Translations under genes and position numbers: made by a program
Notes under the pieces: model-generated
Told to the model about the DNA's origin: nothing
The model's input: only the letters and a program-made list of their open reading frames with translations
The model's database searches: none
IMG/VR virus record: IMGVR_UViG_2548877036_000001
Direction: 5' to 3' (one strand)
Length of the DNA stretch: 64,000 nucleotides
Source of the DNA: an uncultured virus (IMG/VR IMGVR_UViG_2548877036_000001)
Lineage: Duplodnaviria > Heunggongvirae > Uroviricota > Caudoviricetes
In this document: in pieces, positions 19,772 through 28,324 of the stretch
Numbering within the stretch: the first letter of the stretch is position 1
Layout of the letters: each line of letters starts with the position of its first letter

Positions 19772-20173
19772 GGTGGTGCCTCTTTTCTGGTGCTGTTGAG
19801 TTGCTGTTGCTGATCTATGCCGGTGTGGATGCATCGTCGACGGGCTTCCCTACCTGTCGAAGATGCATGCATCCGTGCCGACTGCCTAACTATTTACACC
19901 CCATGACCGACAAGCAACTGAGACGGCAAATGCCGGTTTTCTCGGCGTGTCGCGGCTTCAGTAGTGCCCCTTACACCGCGCGAAGACCGCTGTGATGTGG
20001 GGGCGTTGACGTAACGCACGCGGTGGTCATCGGCCTGGCTGTGCGCCGTCTCAGGATCAGACAAAGTCAGCTCGTACAACTGGTGAAGCCTCTGCAGCCG
20101 TTGCGGTTTGGTCGCAGGTGACACGTGCGCCGTCTATGCGCATCGGCGACCGTAGCCTTGCTCGGCGCGGCAC

Positions 20174-20827
20174 CTACACCAGGAATCGGTATACGTGCCC
20201 TGGCCGGCCGGTTGGCGCTGGCTTACGCAGCTCCTCGGTTCGGCGGTATAGCGGTGAGCGGTCCAGGCGCTTGCGGGCCGCGCCCGCGGTTGTCGGGCCG
20301 CAGACACCGAGCAACGCGCGAACTTGGGCGAGGGTGGTCTCGTCGCCGAGCATGGCGCGTGTGGTGTCCGGGTCGACCAGCAGGCGCTCCCCCAGGCGCA
20401 AGATGGCCGACCGTGCGATCGCCGTGTGGCCGAATGGCATTGCCTCCGGTATCTGGGTCACTGGCAGTGCGCCCCTGACCTCGGCGGGGACACGGGCCAC
20501 CACGACGATCGACACGGTGTGTCCCCGTTCGTCGCGACCCGGGTCGCTGACGACGTCGACGACAGCGATGCCGCCGGTCAACTCGGTACCGGCCTTGTCC
20601 CGCACGATGCGCTGCGCGCACTGCTCGACGGTCTCCCCCTCCCAGGCGGCCAGCAGCCCACCAGGCAAAGTGATTTCGCCTTTGTGCGGTGCACCGGCGC
20701 GCTCGATCAGCACGATCTTCGGCTCGGGGTCATCGGTGAGTGCAACGACATCCACGCTGAGCCAGGTGCCGTGCACCGGATGATCGTCGGGTGGCACGGC
20801 CAGGTTCGATTCGGTCATCGATCTCAT
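20174..20827 (-). CDS. NrtR-like NUDIX/wHTH regulator
   Basis: LSVDVV..LIER..LPGG, degenerate Nudix box ETVEQCAQRIVRDKAG, DPGRDERG, MPFGH, C-terminal GRPGHVYRF. Confidence 0.8.
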   Translation of the reverse strand: MRSMTESNLAVPPDDHPVHGTWLSVDVVALTDDPEPKIVLIERAGAPHKGEITLPGGLLAAWEGETVEQCAQRIVRDKAGTELTGGIAVVDVVSDPGRDERGHTVSIVVVARVPAEVRGALPVTQIPEAMPFGHTAIARSAILRLGERLLVDPDTTRAMLGDETTLAQVRALLGVCGPTTAGAARKRLDRSPLYRRTEELRKPAPTGRPGHVYRFLV

Positions 20828-22398
20828 GACCGCTGCCTCCTCGAGTGGCTGTAACGCTGATAGACACCGGTCTCACGGGTCAACGTTTCGCGCACTTCGG
20901 TGAAGCTGTATAGCCGCAACAGCTTTCCATCCTCGAACACCAGCTTCAGTTCGTTGTCGGCTTCCTGATCGGCATCGGCGTGTTCGATCAGGTACGGCTC
21001 GCCGCTCATCGCGCGTCGCACCGCCAATCGTCCGGTAGCCGACTTCTTGGATCCGTCATCGGTGACCGGGTCTTTGAGGATGTCGTGGCCGACACCGTCG
21101 ATCTGAACCCATGTCGCCTTGACGGCCAGCTTGAAAACGTCGCGTGTTTGGTATTGGTAGGTGTAGGAACCGAAGCCGAAAACCACAGTGGTGGAGGCAT
21201 AGCCCTGCACCATCAGGTTCCGCGTGATCGCGTCAGCGCGCTCAAAGGTGATCGAATCCCCATAGATCGCGCCGATGTGAGGCTCCAGCTCGCGGTACCC
21301 CTTTGCGTTGGTCACGGTGCCGAACGTCTCGGCTAGCAGGTTCACCACGCCCTTGCGAGCCGGACTGCCTTCGGGCGCCGCTGGATCTCCGCACAGGATC
21401 AGCTCAGGGTCACCGCTGTCGGGCCGGATCACGAGCTTTCCGTCGCGAGCCATGATCTGTTCCTTGCGCGCGGGCAGATACTCGGTGAGCACCCGCCACA
21501 GATCCCAGGTGTCGGAGACGACCGACAGGATTCCTTCGGGATACAGGCTCAGCAGCCGATCGAAGGTCGCCAGCTCGCCGTCTTGTCCGCCGGCACACAT
21601 CACCGAGTGCTCGGTCGCCGGAACTGATGCGCCGATCAAGGCGTCGCCGTTGCCAGGATAGAACCGTTCGATGAACCGGATCGCGGGCAATCCGTCGGTG
21701 CCCGTGAAGCTGACCAGGTGGCCCGCACCTGATGCGGCCGCCGCTGCGTCTCCAGCCATGCCCCGGTAGGAGAAGTCATGACCCTGGAACTGCACCGCGG
21801 TTTCATCGCCAGACTCGGCAGCGCGTTCGTCGAGCAGCTTGCGGTTGTTCCAGGCGATGGTGGCACTGGTGATCGGCTGCCACAGCTCAGCCGACAACTG
21901 CGTCTCGAAGTAGTTGGTCAGCCAGAAGAACCGGGAATCGGTGTTCTCCACGGTTAGATACGGAACCCGCAAAGGTAATAGCGATCCTTCCCGCACCGCC
22001 CGCACACGCAGTGGCAGGTAGCCCAACGTGTGTAGGTCGCGGAAGTGCTGAACGCCAACCGTGTTCGGCCCCAACAGCGCGGTCACAAACCGCTCATATC
22101 CGGCCAGCACCGGTTCGAGTTCGTCGGCGGTCAGGTCGAAGAACACCTGCCAGTCTTCGATCAGCCGCTGCAGATATGCCTGCAGACCGAAGAACACCGT
22201 GGCATCGATGCCCGGCACCCGGGTACCCCGCGCGGTGAGGTTGGAGTACACGAACTCGGTGCCGTCCGGGTACTGGCGCCGGTGGTCGAGCTTGTAGGCA
22301 TCGGTGGCTAGCAGAGTGTCCAGCGCACGGTTCTGATTGTCCTTCATCGGTTCCCCCGGGGTGTTGGTGTTGTCGGCAGTCGTGGCCTGTGTGTTCAT
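20824..22398 (-). CDS. nicotinamide phosphoribosyltransferase-family protein (Nampt/NadV or Namat)
   Basis: [62 protein letters not shown] 22398 overlaps the upstream stop. Confidence 0.92.
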   Translation of the reverse strand: MNTQATTADNTNTPGEPMKDNQNRALDTLLATDAYKLDHRRQYPDGTEFVYSNLTARGTRVPGIDATVFFGLQAYLQRLIEDWQVFFDLTADELEPVLAGYERFVTALLGPNTVGVQHFRDLHTLGYLPLRVRAVREGSLLPLRVPYLTVENTDSRFFWLTNYFETQLSAELWQPITSATIAWNNRKLLDERAAESGDETAVQFQGHDFSYRGMAGDAAAAASGAGHLVSFTGTDGLPAIRFIERFYPGNGDALIGASVPATEHSVMCAGGQDGELATFDRLLSLYPEGILSVVSDTWDLWRVLTEYLPARKEQIMARDGKLVIRPDSGDPELILCGDPAAPEGSPARKGVVNLLAETFGTVTNAKGYRELEPHIGAIYGDSITFERADAITRNLMVQGYASTTVVFGFGSYTYQYQTRDVFKLAVKATWVQIDGVGHDILKDPVTDDGSKKSATGRLAVRRAMSGEPYLIEHADADQEADNELKLVFEDGKLLRLYSFTEVRETLTRETGVYQRYSHSRRQRS

Positions 22399-22805
22399 CG
22401 TTGGTCCTCTGCTATCCATTGACGGGCGATCTCGCAGAGCGCGATCCACACGGCGTCTTTCACACGCTCTTCCCAGCCCAGTTCGTTGAACGGGACCATG
22501 TCCGGATGTGTCTTCGCAGCTACCTCGCGCACGGGGCCGTATGTCCACCTCAGCTGCTCGTACGCATGCCACCAGCTGTCGTGTGCCTGTTCAGGCGTCG
22601 TATACCGGTCGGGGCCCATCATCTTCTCGGTGATTTCCAGGAACTGCGCCCGGAAATGCTCCTCGCGCGCCGACCAGGGCTCCGGTACGACGGGCGCGTT
22701 CACTGCGGCTGCCTGTAGCCGCGCGGCCTCGTAGATGAAGATGGCTTGTCGCTCAAGCAGAGTGCCTTTGGTCGGCCATTCGATGGCAGAAAAATTCTGA
22801 GTCAT
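22395..22805 (-). CDS. RyR-domain protein
   Basis: [37 protein letters not shown]. Confidence 0.8.
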   Translation of the reverse strand: MTQNFSAIEWPTKGTLLERQAIFIYEAARLQAAAVNAPVVPEPWSAREEHFRAQFLEITEKMMGPDRYTTPEQAHDSWWHAYEQLRWTYGPVREVAAKTHPDMVPFNELGWEERVKDAVWIALCEIARQWIAEDQR

Positions 22806-23689
22806 TTCGGTTCCTCGCTGATGTTGTGCAGGACGTCGATCACGTAGCGGCCAAGTGGGTGGATCTGTACTGCCGCGCCCTCGGGTGATGTCACGGCGGC
22901 CGCTACTGCCGAGCGCAGCGAGTCGGTGGTGTGGATGCTCCGGTAGTTGTCAGTCAAGACTTCGGTGCCCTTGGTGAACCCGCCGTGGGTGATCCATAGA
23001 TCAAGGTCGAAGCCGGCACCCAGCCCCTGAGCCAACAGCGCGAACGTTCCACCGCCGTCGCAGATGTCATCGACCACCAAGTACCGGCCCGGTCGATCCT
23101 TCACCTCAGCGGGGGCGTTGTAGCCCAGAAGTTGTCCGGTGGCGGGATCGCGCTTCTTGTCGGCCACCGACACCGGCAGCTCTAGCTGCGCGGCGACTGT
23201 GCTCGCGCGCCGCAGCGAGCCAGCATCCGGACCGATCACCCCGAGGTAGTCGCCAGCGTCAACCGCCGCAGCCACAACCTCGGACATATCGATGACATGT
23301 ACTGCGACCGTGGGGTTGACCGCGCGCAGCGTGTCCAGCCAAACCGGCGAGTGCGGGTCGATGGTGACTATCCCGGTGATTCCTGATAGCGCGGCCAAGC
23401 GCGCGTTGGTGTGCGCCGGGCAGGGCGTGTCTTTGTCGCCGCGGGCGCTGGGCAGAAACGGCATCACCAAGATTCGGTGCGGGTACGCCGCTGTCAGAGC
23501 TGCCCAGTTGAACACGACGGTCCAGTCCGGCGCGGCTGTGTGCACCCAGAGCACCTGCACGCCCGCGACGAGATCTGCCCCATCGACGGAGCGCACCGTC
23601 AGATCACCCATGGGATAGGCGAATACCTCAATCGCTGCTGCGCTGAGCCGTCCCTTGTCATAGGCGAAGAACTCGTAGTCGTTCGTCAT
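22802..23689 (-). CDS. ribose-phosphate pyrophosphokinase-like protein (Prs or Adps)
   Basis: [47 protein letters not shown]; alternative start 23701. Confidence 0.85.
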   Translation of the reverse strand: MTNDYEFFAYDKGRLSAAAIEVFAYPMGDLTVRSVDGADLVAGVQVLWVHTAAPDWTVVFNWAALTAAYPHRILVMPFLPSARGDKDTPCPAHTNARLAALSGITGIVTIDPHSPVWLDTLRAVNPTVAVHVIDMSEVVAAAVDAGDYLGVIGPDAGSLRRASTVAAQLELPVSVADKKRDPATGQLLGYNAPAEVKDRPGRYLVVDDICDGGGTFALLAQGLGAGFDLDLWITHGGFTKGTEVLTDNYRSIHTTDSLRSAVAAAVTSPEGAAVQIHPLGRYVIDVLHNISEEPK

Positions 23690-23700
23690 GACCAGAACCA

Positions 23701-23737
23701 TACACCACTTAAGTACAAAATGTACGAAAGTGATGTA
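23701..23737. promoter_or_regulatory. AT-rich imperfect palindrome, candidate operator of the NrtR-like protein
   Basis: TACACCACTTAAGTACA-AAA-TGTACGAAAGTGATGTA in the only gap of the operon, directly before the Prs-like gene. Confidence 0.55.
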
Positions 23738-23749
23738 GCGGTCAGATGG

Positions 23750-24205
23750 TCATCCGAACAGAACCAGTGTCACGGCGACCGGCGAAGCCTCTGCGACCTC
23801 ACGAATGATCTGCTCGGCCACGGCGGGATCCAGACCGCCGATACCGCCGCCGATAAGTGGTAGCGCGACAGAACCGATCCCCTGCTTATGCGCCAGGTCT
23901 AGCCCCTGAGTCAGAGATGCGCGCAGCCACTGCTCGGTCGCATCGGGACCCGGCTGATCCTGACTCGCACAGTGGATGATGGGGCGACCCAGCCCGGCGT
24001 CACGGCTCGTGTTACGAGTGAACACGGCCGAGCCGGGCGTGATCCGCCCCTGCTGCGCAAGGATGACGTACTGAGTCATCGCGTCGGGATAGCGGTCCGC
24101 CATCACCGAGGCCAGGCCCCCGGTGACGCCCTGGCAATTCACTCCGTGCGCCAATGCCTCAGCTGGATGGGCGAACAAGTCGCCGGTCTCGACGGTGAAG
24201 CTCAT
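23750..24205 (-). CDS. macro-domain protein (ADP-ribose binding/hydrolase)
   Basis: TGDLF, LAHGVNCQGVTGGLA, SVALPLIGGGIGGL. Confidence 0.88.
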   Translation of the reverse strand: MSFTVETGDLFAHPAEALAHGVNCQGVTGGLASVMADRYPDAMTQYVILAQQGRITPGSAVFTRNTSRDAGLGRPIIHCASQDQPGPDATEQWLRASLTQGLDLAHKQGIGSVALPLIGGGIGGLDPAVAEQIIREVAEASPVAVTLVLFG

Positions 24206-25275
24206 CGATGCCTCCTCAGACTCGATCCGAATGGGGGACGTGACAGATTGTCTTGTATGTCCCCCAGCTGCCAGGATTCAATGGCACGGGCCCGGCTCAG
24301 TTTTGCGAGCTTGCCGAGCAGTAGGTCCGACATCTTGTCGCCCTGAGCTTCGGCGTCACAGTCACCTTGGACGTCTACGAGAGCCGGATACCTTGCGTCG
24401 ATGTGGAAGCCGACCATCGGGGTTGGATACAGATCCGATGGCAACTTGCGCAGCATTTTTCCGTACGGTCGGCCAGCCGTTATGTGAGCGGCCTCGTCAG
24501 TCCCAATCAGCGCACGTGAGTGCTCCGGTCTATTGACTCTCAGTGAGAACTTGAATCCCAGTTGAGCATCCAGACCTTCAAGCGTCGACTCGGAGAAGTG
24601 TTCCCCGGCCAGAACCAGGTGCACTCCGGTCAAGCCTCCGTCCAGTGCGATGCCCATGAGCCGGTATCGCTTCTCTGGACTCTCCTGCAGGACCCAGCAG
24701 AAATCGTCGATGACCGCTACCGGATCTGGTAGTAGCGGCCAGTCGCCTTCGACAGAGTGTGCACAGCGTCTGCGGCGGTACTCAGCGCTACTTCGGCATC
24801 GATGTAGTGCGAGCAGTTTTGTGCGCCGTTGAATCTCCTCGGCGATCGCGGAGATCACCATGTCAAAGGATTCTTCGGAGGAGTTGTCGGCCCACACATT
24901 AGCGACCGTGTGGGGCAACTTTTCGAAACCTCGGAACATAGCGGGCCCCATGCCGTCAGCCAAGAACAGCGAAAGCCGATCCGGCCCATACCTGGTCGCG
25001 AGCGACAAGACCATCGATCGCAGGAAGTAACTTCTTCCTGCCCCGGTGCGCCCCTGCACGGCACCGTTGGTTCCGTCACGTGAAAAGTCCAGGGTGCTCA
25101 GCTCTGGGATAAGCGCATCGCCCACACGCAGATGGCCTATCGGTATCGCGACCGAGTCAGCGTTAGCGTTCCGCGCCCATGCCGCCTCGGGGTCGTAGGT
25201 TTCGATGTCGCTGATACCGAGCACGTCGAAGAAGCCCGGAACCCTGCCCTCATTTTCTGTATCGATGGTGCTCAT
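24202..25275 (-). CDS. stand-alone FtsK/EccC-like single ATPase domain
   Basis: collinear with the first ATPase domain of EccC in this window (FFDVLGISDIET vs FFEVLEIGDIET); Walker A GRTGAGRS. Confidence 0.8.
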   Translation of the reverse strand: MSTIDTENEGRVPGFFDVLGISDIETYDPEAAWARNANADSVAIPIGHLRVGDALIPELSTLDFSRDGTNGAVQGRTGAGRSYFLRSMVLSLATRYGPDRLSLFLADGMGPAMFRGFEKLPHTVANVWADNSSEESFDMVISAIAEEIQRRTKLLALHRCRSSAEYRRRRCAHSVEGDWPLLPDPVAVIDDFCWVLQESPEKRYRLMGIALDGGLTGVHLVLAGEHFSESTLEGLDAQLGFKFSLRVNRPEHSRALIGTDEAAHITAGRPYGKMLRKLPSDLYPTPMVGFHIDARYPALVDVQGDCDAEAQGDKMSDLLLGKLAKLSRARAIESWQLGDIQDNLSRPPFGSSLRRHR

Positions 25276-26063
25276 GCGGCATCGTGATCCTCATCGTCCT
25301 CTTCATCCATTCCGAGGGAGACGGCTACGGGGACTTCCGGGTCGTCAACGTCCAGATCCGGGTGATACGTGTGCGCAGACAGCACCGCTCGAAACACTCC
25401 AGCACACGTGAGAGTGACAATCGATGCTGGGTGCTCTCGCGTGTACAGCTCGACGGGTTCCTTGAATACCGCGGCGATAGCGCTCATCTTCTTGATCACG
25501 TCCGAGCCGAACGCCTGGACCTTGCCGACCTTCAGCGGTGCCGTCGTCTGGTCGTCACCAAGACCGCGCGTGCTCAGAATTTCCTTGGCGCCGCGGGCCG
25601 ACAGTCGAGAGATCGTCGATGCGATCGGGAAGTCGTCGACGTCTTGCAACGGGATGTAGTGCCGCGAGTCCGCTTCTCCCGGGGCTCCGTCGGTGAGTGT
25701 GCGCATGAGCAGCGTGGAGCCGTTATCGACGACCGACAACTCGACATCACACTGAGATTCCTTGTCGATCTTCTTGACGGCCGACGCCGCGTTCTTGGCT
25801 GCCGACAGCAACTGGGAAGCCTGATCGGTCGAGAACTTCACCAGAGGCAGCGTTCCGTCACAGCCGAAGATCGCTTGGCCCGGACTGTTTCCGTCCGAGG
25901 CGATGAACGCCAAGCTGTTCTGCGTCCCAACTTCGCCTGTCTCGACGCGCGTGGAGCCCAGTACGACAGCGGCATGCGTGGGGTCATCGTTGCCTGCATA
26001 CGCCATGACCTTGGCTGCTGAGAGTCCTTGCACGAATAGTTGGTTGTCGATAACAACGGTCAT
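25272..26063 (-). CDS. hypothetical protein, possibly sliding-clamp (beta)-like
   Basis: AAVVL..LAFIASDG..DFP pattern reminiscent of phage beta-clamp-like proteins; weak. Confidence 0.45.
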   Translation of the reverse strand: MTVVIDNQLFVQGLSAAKVMAYAGNDDPTHAAVVLGSTRVETGEVGTQNSLAFIASDGNSPGQAIFGCDGTLPLVKFSTDQASQLLSAAKNAASAVKKIDKESQCDVELSVVDNGSTLLMRTLTDGAPGEADSRHYIPLQDVDDFPIASTISRLSARGAKEILSTRGLGDDQTTAPLKVGKVQAFGSDVIKKMSAIAAVFKEPVELYTREHPASIVTLTCAGVFRAVLSAHTYHPDLDVDDPEVPVAVSLGMDEEDDEDHDAA

Positions 26064-26346
26064 GTCCCGTCGTCCTTTCCATTGATTGAAACGGCGCCTG
26101 GTGGTTCACGCGTTGTCCGCGCTAGATGAAGCGAGCCGCAATCTAGGGCTGATCGACCGACGATCCAGACAGCGGCGCGTTGCCTGCAAAGCCCGAGAGC
26201 ACACTCGCGATCAGGCATCGCTCAAATCGCCCCTATCAATCGCCCCGCTGACCGGTTTCATCAGCAGATCCGATCCAATGCGGATCTGGGTCGTGGAGTT
26301 GTCTCCAACGCGCGTGCGTACGTACAAACTGGTGCTTCCCCGGATT

Positions 26347-26436
26347 CGCTCAATGTCACGCTCACACCTGCGCTCAGCTAGTCGATCAGCGCTTCGCTCA
26401 GAAGCCCTGTCAAAACCTGGATCAAAGACGCAGTCA
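26347..26436 (+). repeat. eight degenerate 12-bp-period units with invariant TCA
   Basis: TCA at 26350, 26362, 26374, 26386, 26398, 26410, 26422 and 26434; four units start CGCTCA. Confidence 0.75.
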
Positions 26437-26679
26437 ATGTTGCGATACGCACTAAACCGGCACGGCTGAAAGGAGTTTCGCGTTTCTGCAGGGGCGCCGC
26501 TCAGATGTCCGCCCAGTCTTTACATCGCTCAGCTGCGTGCTCAATGCGACGATACGAAACCTCCCGGCTGCGGCCCGGCGCACGAAGACCGTGAAACAGG
26601 GACGTGACATGGATAGCGACGCGGCCACTGTCGTGTCGCGTGCGATCCGTTTCCGGGTTCCGCCGCACACTGCGCCACC

Positions 26680-27456
26680 ATGAGCTCGCTGAAATCTCCA
26701 CCCGAAAACGACAAGCTGCTGAGTCAGCTCCTACAGACGCTATTCGCGCTGGCCGCCGTGGCGGTCATTGTGGTGCTGATCGTGAACGGCACCTTGTTCG
26801 GCAAGGACAACCGGATATCGTCGGAGCTCAGCAAAATCACCGGCCAGGAACAACGCGATGAAGGAGCGCCACCGAGCGCATCGACGATAAGCGGTACCGG
26901 AACTCCCAGTCCTGATCCATCGACACTGACCGTCGCTGCGCCCGGATCCAAAAATGGATACGCCCGCGCACGATTCGGACAACCGTGGACAGATGACGTC
27001 GACATCGAAGGTGGGCACAACGGCTGCAGTACCCGGGACGATATTTTGCAGCGCGACCTCACCGGCATAACCCTTTCCGGCTCATGCAAAGTCATGTCCG
27101 GAACACTTGCCGACCCGTACACCGGACAGGTCATTTCATTCGTCTACGGCAAGAAGACATCCGCACTGGTACAGATCGATCATCTGGTGAGTTTGGCGAA
27201 CGTTTGGGTCTCCGGCGCAGCGACCTGGGACTTGTCCGAACTCAAGAAGATCGCTAACGATCCACTGAATCTGCTTGCCGTCAACGGATCTTCAAACGAG
27301 AGCAAGGGCGAGAAATCGGCCGATCAGTGGCTGCCGGAGAACACAGCTTTCGACTGCACGTACGTCAAGCGCCAAGTGATGGTGAAGAACAAGTACCGGC
27401 TGACAGTGACGGCTGCCGAGAAAGCCACCATGCAGCAGTTCTACGGCGCCTGCTGA
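26680..27456 (+). CDS. membrane-anchored DUF1524/HNH nuclease
   Basis: N-terminal TM; GHNGCSTRDDILQRDL, DPYTG, QIDHLVSL, ANDPLNLLAV..SNESKG. Confidence 0.88.
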   Translation: MSSLKSPPENDKLLSQLLQTLFALAAVAVIVVLIVNGTLFGKDNRISSELSKITGQEQRDEGAPPSASTISGTGTPSPDPSTLTVAAPGSKNGYARARFGQPWTDDVDIEGGHNGCSTRDDILQRDLTGITLSGSCKVMSGTLADPYTGQVISFVYGKKTSALVQIDHLVSLANVWVSGAATWDLSELKKIANDPLNLLAVNGSSNESKGEKSADQWLPENTAFDCTYVKRQVMVKNKYRLTVTAAEKATMQQFYGAC

Positions 27457-27512
27457 ACGGCTCGACGTGCCGGACCCTTCGGCCTCATTGACCGGGATCT
27501 ACGGTGCCCGCC

Positions 27513-28247
27513 ATGACAATCACACTTACGCGTTTAGCCGCTGTCGGGTTCAGCGCCGCCGTCGCGCTCCTGGCCGTCGGATGCCAACAGCAGGGGCCCA
27601 GCGAGCACACGGCGACCAGCGCCTATGTTTCCGCCACGGCCGACGCCGAAACCGACCTCGATGTGACTCAATTGATGAGTGCTGCGATAGCCACAGCCCG
27701 GGCGATGCGGTCCGCGCACCTGATGTTCTCCAGTACTGGCGTTAGAGATCTGCTGGCGAAAGCCTACGCCGCTGACGTGACACTCACCCCGGCCGTTGCA
27801 GCGCGGGGCAACGCCACGCTGAAGATCAACGGAGACTACAGCCAGGCACAGTTCCAGACCGTAGAGGCGGATTTGTGGATCCAGGGCGCCGGCGGAACGT
27901 TTGTCAACGCCGGGCCGGCGCAAGGCACTCTGAACCCCGCAGCCCTCTTGGACCCACAGCACGGAATTGCCAGTGTGCTCGCCGCCGTGACATTCCCTGT
28001 GATTGTCGATGCCAAGGCACACGCCGGTCCGGACGAGGCTGTGAAAGTCGCTGGGACTTTGTCCGCGGCAGCCGCCAGCGCGCTGGTGCCGCGGTCCTCG
28101 CTGGGAGATGCGACAGAGTTTCCGGTGGCCGTGTGGCTGGCTCCGGTGGCCCCCTATCCCCTTCTGCAGGTAATCGTCACAGTCGGCGAAGGATCACTGA
28201 CTCTCAGAGCCGACAAGGCCGAGCCTTTCACCGTTGCGGTTCCGTAG
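27513..28247 (+). CDS. LppX/LprAFG-family lipoprotein
   Basis: lipobox AVGC; MRSAHL, NPAALLDPQHGIASVL. Confidence 0.75.
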   Translation: MTITLTRLAAVGFSAAVALLAVGCQQQGPSEHTATSAYVSATADAETDLDVTQLMSAAIATARAMRSAHLMFSSTGVRDLLAKAYAADVTLTPAVAARGNATLKINGDYSQAQFQTVEADLWIQGAGGTFVNAGPAQGTLNPAALLDPQHGIASVLAAVTFPVIVDAKAHAGPDEAVKVAGTLSAAAASALVPRSSLGDATEFPVAVWLAPVAPYPLLQVIVTVGEGSLTLRADKAEPFTVAVP

Positions 28248-28263
28248 ACGGATCCGAACGACG

Positions 28264-28306
28264 CAGCGCCCCGGCTCCTTTTGTGAGGAGATTTCCCGGG
28301 GCGCTG
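28264..28306. terminator. stem-loop between convergent genes
   Basis: CAGCGCCCCGG...CCGGGGCGCTG. Confidence 0.65.
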
Positions 28307-28324
28307 TGTCGTTTGATGAAGGCG

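Noticed and set aside
26347..26436. CRISPR array
   Set aside because: Period is only 12 bp with a 3-6 bp conserved core; no 25-45 bp repeats or spacers and no cas genes in the window.
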